This document shows, piece by piece, positions 46,689 to 55,536 of a stretch of 55,536 nt of DNA. This stretch comes from a virus (taxonomy: Duplodnaviria > Caudoviricetes): positions 1-55,536 of IMG/VR virus record IMGVR_UViG_3300020045_005976, one strand, 5' to 3'. The notes beneath the pieces were generated by a model that saw nothing but the letters and a program-made list of their open reading frames with translations, ran no database searches and was not told the DNA's origin. Each line of letters starts with the position of its first letter. Position 1 is the first letter of the stretch. A program made the position numbers and the translations under genes.

Positions 46689-48713
46689 ATGAAAAAAACA
46701 ATCTTAACACTTTTCCTTTTTGCTTTTGCGGCAAGCGCGCAATTGCAATTCGTTGATTTGACAACAGTCACGACCAACAGACTGACAAACACAGCAAACA
46801 TCGTAATAACTAACGCCCTAATTCCGGGCATTGCGACAAACGTAAGCTTATTTGGGCAATATCAAACATGGAATACAAATAACAGAGTCATCGGCGACAC
46901 GCTTCCAAATGCGTTCACGAAGATAAACGCAAACTCGACTTGGCTTTCTAGCGCGGTCCGCACAAATGGAAATTCCGGCTCTGGATTCATCCCTATTTCA
47001 ACTAATGCTTATCCCGGTTATTTTTGGGGCAGTAATTCGGCGGGTGGAATATCTGCCGCAACAGCGACAAACATTGCGGCATATCAGTCGATGCTGGCTA
47101 CGAATGGACTAACAGCGGGCGGCGGAACTGCATCAAATGCGATTGCAAACAACTACGGTGCAGGCACAAACATTTCATTTTTTGGTAAAACCTTGATGAA
47201 CGATTCTAATTTATATTTTTCAGCAAATTCAGAAGTTCCAAAAACATTGTCCTTATACACTATAACAAATCTTGCAAATGGAATAATCCCAACAATGACA
47301 CCTAGCGACACAAATAAAGCTTTTTGTTCACCGGATCAATATATTAATTTTTATGCATATAAAGCTTTTGATTACTACACTGGATCACCCTGGCAATCAG
47401 GTGGTGGTTCCAATGTTGTTTACATAGGATACAACTTCCCTTCAGTTAAAAAATTAGGTGCGTTAGTTGGATTCTTCTATATAACCGGAGGCGGATCAAC
47501 TGGTGGTGGAACTATATCTGTTCAAGTTGATGGGCCTAATTGGCGTACAGTATATTCAACCCACTTAACAAATGGAGCGCCAGCAGATTCGTTTCCAACT
47601 CTTTTTAATAGTACAAATAACTTAGTCATGTTTGATTCATTAAGCACAACAAATATTAGAGTCTTATTTTCAACTGCAAATTATCCAAGGATTAGTGGCT
47701 GGTTTCAGGTTTATGAAGAAGCTGGAAATTTAATAAAATCAGACACCTCAACATTGAGAATAATATCAACAAATGGAGTTGCTATAAATTCCGCCTACGC
47801 AGGAACAAACATGCTAAGAGTTTCTGGCAACATTGATTCAACTGTTGGATTCTCGATTAACGGAGTTCCAATCAACAATTCATCCAGCGATAATTTAAAT
47901 GGTGTGGTTTCTGGGTATTATTCAAACAATTTTTTCAGCGTAGTTGGAACAAATATGATAAAATCAATTTCTGGATCAATTAACGCTGGCGGTGTGGTTT
48001 CTGGCTATTTAACAAATCAGTCATTCAGCATATTGGGAACAAACGCAATAGCATCAATAGCCTCATCTGCATCATCTGGTAAAATTAAAACCTTATACGG
48101 ATTTGGAACCAATTTGACGCTTTATGGTTTCGCTGATGCCGTGACAACGAATCATGAAACTTTTATCCTGTCCGGCACAACTACTCACAATGGAACATAC
48201 ACCTGGAATGGCGTAAATGTTTTTGTGAATAATACAAATTCATCTCCTTCATATTATATTTATCCTTCCGAGGACGTTAGCGGCGGAGTTTATTACCCAT
48301 ATTATTCAACCAACGGATTCGTTATGAATTACGTGAACGGCGATTATCCAGACGGTCCATTTTATTCCATTGGAAGTGATTTAACTGCGGGTCCGTGGTA
48401 TAGCAGGGCGACTGGATTGGTTGACACAAACGTTATCGCGAGGTGGTATTTGTATACCACAAACCAAGTGCCCGGAACGGCTCAATTTGTAAATGGCGGA
48501 ATAATTGCTGATGGCTCGATTACGTCAACGAATGGCTTTTCGCTCCCGCAACTATCGTCAATCCCTACAAACAAAGTTCCGGTCAGCGATTCGGCGCGCA
48601 CGAATTGGCTACAGATAAACTTGAACGGAAGTGTTTATCTGGTGGCAACAAATTTCGCGTCTGGCGGCTGGCTTTATTCCAAGCAGACGGCATCAATAAC
48701 GACATCGCCGTAA
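46689..48713 (+). CDS. Signal-peptide, TN-rich fibre-like protein with a discoidin (F5/8C)-like segment
   Basis: MKKTILTLFLFAFAASA/QLQ leader; GDTLPNAFTKINAN fibre-like motif; AYKAFD..SPWQS..YIGYNF. Confidence 0.7.
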   Translation: MKKTILTLFLFAFAASAQLQFVDLTTVTTNRLTNTANIVITNALIPGIATNVSLFGQYQTWNTNNRVIGDTLPNAFTKINANSTWLSSAVRTNGNSGSGFIPISTNAYPGYFWGSNSAGGISAATATNIAAYQSMLATNGLTAGGGTASNAIANNYGAGTNISFFGKTLMNDSNLYFSANSEVPKTLSLYTITNLANGIIPTMTPSDTNKAFCSPDQYINFYAYKAFDYYTGSPWQSGGGSNVVYIGYNFPSVKKLGALVGFFYITGGGSTGGGTISVQVDGPNWRTVYSTHLTNGAPADSFPTLFNSTNNLVMFDSLSTTNIRVLFSTANYPRISGWFQVYEEAGNLIKSDTSTLRIISTNGVAINSAYAGTNMLRVSGNIDSTVGFSINGVPINNSSSDNLNGVVSGYYSNNFFSVVGTNMIKSISGSINAGGVVSGYLTNQSFSILGTNAIASIASSASSGKIKTLYGFGTNLTLYGFADAVTTNHETFILSGTTTHNGTYTWNGVNVFVNNTNSSPSYYIYPSEDVSGGVYYPYYSTNGFVMNYVNGDYPDGPFYSIGSDLTAGPWYSRATGLVDTNVIARWYLYTTNQVPGTAQFVNGGIIADGSITSTNGFSLPQLSSIPTNKVPVSDSARTNWLQINLNGSVYLVATNFASGGWLYSKQTASITTSP

Positions 48714-48775
48714 TTCTGGTAAATAATTATTGAATAATTATTTGGGATTGAGTCAATTGTTTTCAGACTTCAAAC

Positions 48776-49585
48776 ATGAATAACAAAACCGAGCTTCTGG
48801 TGGTTGTTTCCGATACCCACTGCGGCTCAGTCGTCGGACTCGCGCCACCGGAAACAAAAACGGAACACGGAAACATGATCGGTTTTGGAGATAATGTTCA
48901 CCAAGAATGGCTATGGGAAAACTGGCTAAAAACAGCCAAGGAAGCAAAGGAAATCATCGGAAAGTCAAAGGCGGCGATGCTGATTAATGGGGATGCAACG
49001 GAAGGTGTTCACCACCGGAACGAGGCTGAAATCGTTGCTGCCGCAATTCTTACGCATACCAAAATGGCAATTGAATGCCTGAAGCCATTTCTTAAAATGT
49101 GCGGAAAGCGGTTTGTGGTGGCGGGTACGGAATGCCATACGCGCGACATGGAGACCTTCCTTGCGAACGAGATTGGCGCAGTTGAATCGAAAGCAAAAGA
49201 CAAGTGGCTTTTTGAAATCAATGGGTGCCTGATTGATGCCGCGCACCACATGACGACAACTAGCCGCGCACACCTTGAAGCTGGGGCTATGTCCATCATG
49301 ATGGGTAATGCGCGCAATAACGCAGTCAGGTCAGGGCATCGGGTGCCAAGTGTTTTTCTCCGCGCGCATCGGCACTGTGGTGGATACTTTTCAGACGGGG
49401 CCGGGTTGTGGGGCGTCACTGGCGCATGGCAATTCCTCACTCGTCACGGCTTCAAGGTCGTCACCGACTCAATCCCCCGCCCGACGGCTTTAATCCTTGA
49501 TTGGCGCGGCAAGAAATCGGGCGCACTGCCTCACGTTCACGAAATTGTTTGCACTCCTCCACAAGAAAGCATCACCAAAATATGA
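48776..49585 (+). CDS. Calcineurin-like metallophosphoesterase
   Basis: VSDTHCG, NGDATEG, GTECH, AHH and RAHRH motifs. Confidence 0.8.
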   Translation: MNNKTELLVVVSDTHCGSVVGLAPPETKTEHGNMIGFGDNVHQEWLWENWLKTAKEAKEIIGKSKAAMLINGDATEGVHHRNEAEIVAAAILTHTKMAIECLKPFLKMCGKRFVVAGTECHTRDMETFLANEIGAVESKAKDKWLFEINGCLIDAAHHMTTTSRAHLEAGAMSIMMGNARNNAVRSGHRVPSVFLRAHRHCGGYFSDGAGLWGVTGAWQFLTRHGFKVVTDSIPRPTALILDWRGKKSGALPHVHEIVCTPPQESITKI

Positions 49586-49815
49586 AAGCATTCAGCGCGG
49601 AAAAAATAACCAAATCGGCAATGAAGGCGTCAGACCTTTTTGAGGTTAGGGAATTCGATGAATCGTCTGAAACCGTTGAAGAAATCGCAGGAAAAATAGG
49701 CGTCAGCATAACCGAGGCTCGCCGCCAATGCTCTAAACTTGTAAAAGACGGAAAGCTTGAAAAGGTTTGGAAAAAAGGAACACGAAATCCGATTGTATCG
49801 TATCGCCCAAAATGA
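49582..49815 (+). CDS. Winged-HTH small protein
   Basis: TVEEIAGKIGVSITEARRQCSKLVKDGKL. Confidence 0.7.
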   Translation: MKAFSAEKITKSAMKASDLFEVREFDESSETVEEIAGKIGVSITEARRQCSKLVKDGKLEKVWKKGTRNPIVSYRPK

Positions 49816-50054
49816 AAACCACCAAAAAGCAGGTTGCCATAACTTCGGATTTAGTGGCGCGAACCATCCAAAACCTTGACGAGTTGGCGGTTGATTATGC
49901 GGTGGTAATCAAAGGTGTTCACACAATTTTCAGCAATGTGGACAGGCCGTTTGCGATGACTATTTTACGCGACGAAATACAGCTTCAGGATAAAATTGAC
50001 GATTTCAAAATTGAAGAAATTGCTGAAAAGCTGTCCGCAATACCAGGCGTCTGA
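49812..50054 (+). CDS. Hypothetical protein
   Basis: ATGA-coupled. Confidence 0.5.
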   Translation: MKTTKKQVAITSDLVARTIQNLDELAVDYAVVIKGVHTIFSNVDRPFAMTILRDEIQLQDKIDDFKIEEIAEKLSAIPGV

Positions 50055-50111
50055 ATTTGTGGCAAAAATGAATTGCAAACCAATCTTTCAAAAGCTTAGT
50101 GTTTTAATCAA

Positions 50112-53100
50112 ATGAGATTTTATCTTGTCTTTGTTTTTGTAGCCGCTCTGCTTTCCGCTGATTTGCAAGGGCAAAGCAATGTTCTTTCGGGAAATGTGGC
50201 GTCGTTCGGTATGGCAGGCAGAACTAATTTAACGATGACTCTGACGATTATCTCGCCAAGGAATCGGAAAATTGGAAATTCGCTTATCAGCAATGACCCA
50301 ATCACGACTCAGACCGACACAAATGGCAATTTCTCATTCTCGAATGTTGTTTTTGGCTACTACGGGCTAACCTCGTCCGATTCAACTGGAAGCCGCTGGC
50401 CGATCATGGTCTTTACCGACACCACGAACGACGTTCAATTGGTAAATCTGGTCAATTGGGCAGTGGCGACGCCGCCGAATAATTGGTCAAACTATTACAA
50501 TATCCCGCAAATAAACTCACTGCTTGAAAGTGTCGCGAGTAGCACAAATACGGGCGTCGCGGGCGTAACGAACGCGGCTAGCACGAATGCAATCGAGCCG
50601 ATTGTGATTAGCTCCACAGTTTTCATTCCAGCACAGACCAACCAAGTAACCGCGCAGAATGTTTTCTCCGCCGTGCCGGGGTTGTTGACCAATTCCTACA
50701 CCGGAGAATATTCCTACCTGCGCATCCAAAGCCCAACGAACGACGCATTTTTATCACTCGGTGCGGGCAGTCAATTGGTCTCCGATAACATCGATCTTCT
50801 ATCGACCGGCGGGCGTCTCACCGTCAGCCCTTATGGCATCTCGCTAGGGTCGGGCTTCTCTAGCGTCGAGATTCTGACCAACGGCACGCTGTCGCTGGCA
50901 GATAAACACGGAGCCGCACTGGTCAGCGATGAGTCAGGGGGATGGTCAATCACCGGGCCGCTGGCCGCAGTGGAGCCAGTCGCCCTCAGTGGATTCCAAA
51001 TTGCCGGTTCGCAAATCTCCTCCCCCATCAGCATCACCAATCTGCCGCCAGGATCGTCAGCAAATGGCCGCAGCCTGAATATTGAATCAGGGCTTTACAA
51101 TTGGAAATTGGCCTTGCAGCGCACCAATGCCGTTCGGCTAATGTTTGTTGGCGACTCAACCGCTACGCTAGTGAATGGCTCTCGGGCGTATGGCGTAAAG
51201 TCTTTTTTCAGTGAGTTTCTGCCGAATGTGCAAAAGCTTTTCCTCTCCGCCGAGAGTTACCCAAAAAGTGCCAACGTTTCATTCGGCGGCGATGACACCA
51301 ACTGGTTCGCGCGCTATCTGCAAATGCCCGCCAACTCGTTCGCGACAAACGACGGATACAACACGCCGCTGATTGGCGCGGACAACATCAAATTTGCTGG
51401 CATCTCATGGCCGCACGGCGGGACGGTGAATGTTTACACTATCAGTTCAACGGTTTCGGTTCCGGTTTTGGTGGCGAGTATCAGCCTGTCCAACAGCATC
51501 GGATCGGTTGGATTCATCACCAACATTCCGGTTTCTGGGACCTATTACACATATGTTCAATCAGTGACGGCAGATGCGGGATACTCAAACAGTGTCTTAT
51601 TCTGCATCGCGGAAAAGTCAGCCACGAAAAACCTGATTGTCTATGATGTTGGCTACGGCGGGCAGGCTGTGACTGATTGGGTGAATGTGAACACGAACAT
51701 ATTCTATCCGGTCTGGGCCGGACTGTCTAATGACGTGGTTATCGTTGCACAAAAGAATTCAACTGGCGTGATGATTGAAACAAACATGGCGGCACTACAG
51801 ACCATGTTCACCAACGCAAGCCCAAAGTCTGACATGGTTTGGTTATCGGCATTTCCGGCGTGGGCACCAGGTTGGGACATTGATGGAATCAATCAGCAGT
51901 TCTACCTAAACGCGCAACGCACCGGCCAAGTTTTTTACGATGACGGAAGTCAATTGCCGCCTACAAACACTATGTTTTCAATGGGATTAATGACAGATGG
52001 CGTTCACCTGACAACCCTTGGTGGCACGCTGACCGGCGGATTGTTGGCGCGCGAATTAAAGCGGGTGGCCTCTGGTTACGATTGGACAACCAAGCCGACG
52101 CTCTCAATCTCTGGCGTGTCGTCTCTGGCTGGCGCAGTCACGGCAAATTCTCAGGTCTCAATCTTAGGGCAGTCGTCCAGTCAGAATTTGATCCTGAATA
52201 ACACAGGCAACGACCAGACGTTGATTGGTTACAACGTGCGCGGGAGCGGTTACAATTCTTGGCGCGTCGGGGCGATAGCTGGCACTGGAAATTCAACCGG
52301 AGCGCATCCAAACTATGGATGGATTCCAATCACGCCCGCTGGTGGATATGCCCTCGGTGGCACGCATTTGGCTTTAGAGCTAACCACGAATGGCAATGCT
52401 ATTTTTGGAGGAGTTGCCACCGGCAACGGCTCCGGCCTGACCAACGTTACGGCTGACTATCTCAGTACATCGTTAACGAACTGGATAGTTGACCAAATCG
52501 CCGAAAGTATCAACGTCTCGTTCTACTCTTCGGCAGTGACGAATTCAACCATCGGAGTAAGCAACTGTGTAATCATGACGACTGTTCCGGCTGTTCTTGC
52601 TCAGACGAACACTTATCTCCTGAACGGACTGGCTAATAACTATTATCTGGCGGCATTCACGACCAACCTTGTCACAGGCGTAACTGCTGGCAATGCCACC
52701 GTTCACAGATTCTATTCTGTCGCGGGAGGAACTTTTACGGACAGGCCAGAGCTGTACATTGTCACGACCAATGGAACGCTGGTTGAACTTGGAGTTGGCG
52801 CATACACCGTTAAAAGTTCAATCGTATTGACTGAGGAAATAGCTTCAATCGTGATAAACATATCCACAAATCCTCCCGGAGGTTGTTATGTTGGGGTTCG
52901 TTGGTTGCTGGCTTCTGAAACTGGAAATCCTACCGTAACAGCAGTTAGTGGTGATGGATACGGATCGCGAATCGAATTGAATGCATCTGAAGGATCAGAG
53001 TCGCTTAACGAGGCGAAGCTTAATGAGAATAACACTTTCACCGGCGTGAATACTTTCACGCAGCCGATTGTTGGGAGCGGGGAATTGATAACGAATGTAA

Positions 53101-53492
53101 ATGTATCAGCGCTGCGGTTTTCCATTGGAACATCTAATACCGTTTCAGTGAACACGAACGCGGCAAATGGGGTAAACTATGGTGGAACTGCATTCGTCAG
53201 CGGAACTGATACGGCTGGAATAATTACAGTTATCACCGGATCAGGAACACAGCCAGCATCGCCAATTCTCTGCACTAACATTTTCAGTTCCGCGTTTAAA
53301 CAGGCGTTATCAAATGCAACTCCAGTTGTTATAATTAACTACATGCAGACAGTTTCTAGTTATTATGCCGGAACCATAAACAGAGCGTATCTATCAAGGG
53401 TTACAACAAATGGATTCTGCATAAGTTGGGTTGGCGGAATAATGGATACATCCTCAACAAATCATTTCAGTTATTTAGTTGTCAGACCATGA
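50112..53492 (+). CDS. Signal-peptide, TN-rich fibre/spike-like protein with an SGNH hydrolase domain
   Basis: MRFYLVFVFVAALLSADLQG leader; VGDST, GYGG and TDGVH blocks; GNGSGLTNV and NNTFTGVNTFT fibre-like motifs. Confidence 0.75.
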   Translation: MRFYLVFVFVAALLSADLQGQSNVLSGNVASFGMAGRTNLTMTLTIISPRNRKIGNSLISNDPITTQTDTNGNFSFSNVVFGYYGLTSSDSTGSRWPIMVFTDTTNDVQLVNLVNWAVATPPNNWSNYYNIPQINSLLESVASSTNTGVAGVTNAASTNAIEPIVISSTVFIPAQTNQVTAQNVFSAVPGLLTNSYTGEYSYLRIQSPTNDAFLSLGAGSQLVSDNIDLLSTGGRLTVSPYGISLGSGFSSVEILTNGTLSLADKHGAALVSDESGGWSITGPLAAVEPVALSGFQIAGSQISSPISITNLPPGSSANGRSLNIESGLYNWKLALQRTNAVRLMFVGDSTATLVNGSRAYGVKSFFSEFLPNVQKLFLSAESYPKSANVSFGGDDTNWFARYLQMPANSFATNDGYNTPLIGADNIKFAGISWPHGGTVNVYTISSTVSVPVLVASISLSNSIGSVGFITNIPVSGTYYTYVQSVTADAGYSNSVLFCIAEKSATKNLIVYDVGYGGQAVTDWVNVNTNIFYPVWAGLSNDVVIVAQKNSTGVMIETNMAALQTMFTNASPKSDMVWLSAFPAWAPGWDIDGINQQFYLNAQRTGQVFYDDGSQLPPTNTMFSMGLMTDGVHLTTLGGTLTGGLLARELKRVASGYDWTTKPTLSISGVSSLAGAVTANSQVSILGQSSSQNLILNNTGNDQTLIGYNVRGSGYNSWRVGAIAGTGNSTGAHPNYGWIPITPAGGYALGGTHLALELTTNGNAIFGGVATGNGSGLTNVTADYLSTSLTNWIVDQIAESINVSFYSSAVTNSTIGVSNCVIMTTVPAVLAQTNTYLLNGLANNYYLAAFTTNLVTGVTAGNATVHRFYSVAGGTFTDRPELYIVTTNGTLVELGVGAYTVKSSIVLTEEIASIVINISTNPPGGCYVGVRWLLASETGNPTVTAVSGDGYGSRIELNASEGSESLNEAKLNENNTFTGVNTFTQPIVGSGELITNVNVSALRFSIGTSNTVSVNTNAANGVNYGGTAFVSGTDTAGIITVITGSGTQPASPILCTNIFSSAFKQALSNATPVVIINYMQTVSSYYAGTINRAYLSRVTTNGFCISWVGGIMDTSSTNHFSYLVVRP

Positions 53493-53541
53493 ACAACGAC
53501 AACCAAGACATCTATCAAAACGACGGCTTCTGGCATTGATT

Positions 53542-53871
53542 ATGAGCGATAATGATACCCAATTTGGCGAGCACGAAGCCCGCATCCGGGCGCTGGAACT
53601 TAGTCGCGTTGAGCAGCGCGAAGATAACCGGCGTATCTTCTCCAAGCTGGAAGAAATCGCGCAAGCTGTCGCGGTGGCCAGCAGTAAGCCGACCTGCCCC
53701 GACCCCGGCGCGTGCGTCCGGCTGGAGCGGTCGGCGTCCGACCTGAATCGCCGCTTGATGATGCTTGAGCTTTCGGAGCAAAAGCGCAATGGAGTTATCG
53801 TGGCATGCTCGTCATTCGGCGTAATTGTCGGTGCGGTTATTACTTGGGCAATTTCACTTTTTCACAAATGA
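53542..53871 (+). CDS. Coiled-coil protein with C-terminal TM (XhlA/holin-like)
   Basis: EHEARIRALE; C-terminal hydrophobic helix. Confidence 0.6.
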   Translation: MSDNDTQFGEHEARIRALELSRVEQREDNRRIFSKLEEIAQAVAVASSKPTCPDPGACVRLERSASDLNRRLMMLELSEQKRNGVIVACSSFGVIVGAVITWAISLFHK

Positions 53872-54188
53872 GCATGACCTGGAAAAAATGGCGGATCGGT
53901 TTTTGGCTGGCGTTGTTCTTGGGCACGCTGTCGGCCGGGGCCGGGCTGTGCGTCGGCATGGCGTGGCAAGCGTTCGTCGCAGTGCTTTGCACCAGCATTG
54001 CGACACACATTGGCGCTTATCTAATGCGCTCGCCACTGGATGCTGTGGAAGATGAAACCGAGCCGAAAAAGTATCCAGATTGCTATGCCCCATACGGCGG
54101 GTTGCCGCCGATTTATCCACCAGCCCCGCCAATCCTGAAAAAATCCGTTCACGACGATAATTCACCCGCAACCCGCTGCGAAGATTAA
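53868..54188 (+). CDS. Putative holin (2 TM)
   Basis: Two hydrophobic helices and an M-S-M possible dual start. Confidence 0.55.
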   Translation: MSMTWKKWRIGFWLALFLGTLSAGAGLCVGMAWQAFVAVLCTSIATHIGAYLMRSPLDAVEDETEPKKYPDCYAPYGGLPPIYPPAPPILKKSVHDDNSPATRCED

Positions 54189-54191
54189 TTT

Positions 54192-54311
54192 ATGAAAAAA
54201 CAACTATCCGAACAATCCGCCGAAAGACTTTGGAAAATGTTCTTTCCCAAGTTTGACCGCGAACATGGGATTGCAATGGTTCATGACTTATTTGCCAATT
54301 TCAAGCGGTAA
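54192..54311 (+). CDS. Small hypothetical protein (39 aa)
   Basis: Fills the gap; tttATG start. Confidence 0.35.
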   Translation: MKKQLSEQSAERLWKMFFPKFDREHGIAMVHDLFANFKR

Positions 54312-54320
54312 AACTAAACC

Positions 54321-54398
54321 ATGAAAACCATCATCATCCTAACTCTGCTTGGGCTTCTCGGCTCGGGCTGTGCGTTCGTTCAACCATTCGTTCATTAA
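54321..54398 (+). CDS. Micro-lipoprotein (25 aa)
   Basis: MKTIIILTLLGLLGSG/CAFVQPFVH; A-rich leader. Confidence 0.5.
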   Translation: MKTIIILTLLGLLGSGCAFVQPFVH

Positions 54399-54402
54399 CA
54401 CC

Positions 54403-54867
54403 ATGAAAACTCTCGTCATCCTATCCATCCTGACCGCTGGCCTGTTGCTCGCAATGCTTACCGGCTGCGTCACCGCGTCCAATCCATCCGGCGTTGTCGC
54501 CGTAGGTGGCGTCAATCTTGATCCAGAGTTCACTGGCCGCGCCGCAGAAATGGCGGCAAAGCTGGGGGGCATCGCGGCCATTCAGCGAAATCCTGAAGTG
54601 CGCCAGTATTTCTTGGACGCATCGCTTGCCATCGGAGTGATCGTGGCCAGCGGCGACGCGACGCCTGAAAAAGTTGAAGCCGCGTTGGATGGCATCACGA
54701 AAGACCTGCTTGTAACTGTCGCGATTTCTGACGCGCTTGACCTGTATTCCGACTACTACGGGAAGTTATTGGCCGCGAAGCTGGCGGATAAGTCGCCCTA
54801 CACCGTTCCGGTTTTGACCGGATTGAGTAACGGATTAATGGAAGCTTACATGCTCACCGTTCCATGA
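54403..54867 (+). CDS. Lipoprotein
   Basis: MKTLVILSILTAGLLLAMLTG/C lipobox. Confidence 0.75.
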   Translation: MKTLVILSILTAGLLLAMLTGCVTASNPSGVVAVGGVNLDPEFTGRAAEMAAKLGGIAAIQRNPEVRQYFLDASLAIGVIVASGDATPEKVEAALDGITKDLLVTVAISDALDLYSDYYGKLLAAKLADKSPYTVPVLTGLSNGLMEAYMLTVP

Positions 54868-55028
54868 TCACACCAAAGACAACGCGCCGCCGCCATCGCC
54901 AGAAATGTCCCGCCTGCCAGCAGCGCTTAACGAAGAAATATTTGCGCAGCCTGTCGCCTCTGGAATGGCAGAAACACCAAACGGCCTGCTGGATGGCGGC
55001 TTGGAATAAAGCAATAAACGTAAAATAA
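54864..55028 (+). CDS. Small basic CxxC protein (54 aa)
   Basis: ATGA-coupled; ends 1 nt before the next ATG. Confidence 0.4.
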   Translation: MITPKTTRRRHRQKCPACQQRLTKKYLRSLSPLEWQKHQTACWMAAWNKAINVK

Positions 55029-55029
55029 T

Positions 55030-55236
55030 ATGGAAACCATAACCGCTAGCATTGTCGCCGTTTTCGGCGCCATCCGTGAGTTTTTCGGCTACAGCCGCGA
55101 GCGGGTCGCGCTCAAAAACGCAGCCGATGTGAAGCAAGCCGCGAAGGCTCAGGACGCCGCCGACCTCGACGGAAAAACCAACTTGGCAATCAAAAATAAG
55201 GACACTGATGAAATTCGTCTTGAGCTTTCGGAATAG
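55030..55236 (+). CDS. i-spanin-like protein
   Basis: N-terminal hydrophobic helix plus short helical domain; overlaps the lipoprotein gene. Confidence 0.5.
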   Translation: METITASIVAVFGAIREFFGYSRERVALKNAADVKQAAKAQDAADLDGKTNLAIKNKDTDEIRLELSE

Positions 55237-55536
55237 CGTCTGGCTGGCGATTCTAGCTGTCGCTTTGTGCGTCGGCTCTGGTTGTACGAATACCGTGACG
55301 CCGCCGCCCGTGGTGGCCTCTGGCGCGTCCTATGACGGCACCAATTACAACAGTGGCTTTGAAGGCTGGCTGGCCGATGGGAGCGGCATGATTACGCCGC
55401 ACGCGCGCGACCGATACAACGCGCTGATTGAGATTTACGGCAAGAAGTTCGCCCCGCCATTGGTGTTTGATTACGGAATTACCGCAACCGACGCCCCGCT
55501 GTTCATCATCTCGCCGGAAGCCCTAGCCGACTTTGC
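55208..55536 (+). CDS. o-spanin-like lipoprotein (continues across the junction to 161)
   Basis: WLAILAVALCVGSG/CTNTVTPPP; Pro-rich after the Cys. Confidence 0.6.
   Translation, partial: MKFVLSFRNSVWLAILAVALCVGSGCTNTVTPPPVVASGASYDGTNYNSGFEGWLADGSGMITPHARDRYNALIEIYGKKFAPPLVFDYGITATDAPLFIISPEALADF
55416..55536. repeat. Terminal direct repeat, right copy
   Basis: Identical to 1-121. Confidence 0.97.

Noticed and set aside
44201-53492. Diversity-generating retroelement or invertible tail-fibre system
   Set aside because: No reverse transcriptase, invertase or template/variable repeat pair seen

Overview
The window is an apparently complete, circularly assembled tailed-phage genome. Bases 1-121 repeat exactly at 55416-55536, giving about 55.4 kb of unique sequence. 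A leftward arm (210-11568) carries MazG-like, DUF6378, RecE-like exonuclease, Sak4-like ATPase, DUF5131, endonuclease and SMC-like ATPase genes. A rightward arm carries SNF2 helicase, DNA methyltransferase, sliding clamp, replication initiator, DnaB, SSB, many small early ORFs and terminase. It continues with a Mu-like head module (DUF935 portal, protease polyprotein, capsid, gp36, MuF, gpG), a short non-contractile tail and a lysis-like region. No integrase, CI-like repressor, transposase, DNA polymerase, tRNA or recognisable endolysin was seen. SSB/DnaB style and Thr-Asn-rich exported proteins suggest a Verrucomicrobiota host (inference). The most notable observations are: (1) three genes at virion-structural positions that encode Sec signal peptides and a strong TN bias; (2) a recurring hydrophobic-K/R-A motif at head-protein domain boundaries, with topoisomerase IB and a ferritin-like domain as candidate capsid cargo; (3) a complete type II hammerhead ribozyme at 23719-23770; (4) a symmetric overlapping divergent promoter plus a family of operator-bearing, partly leaderless promoters; (5) a lysis region with three lipoproteins, one of only 25 aa, but no endolysin. 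All family calls come from motif recognition by eye; no searches were run.
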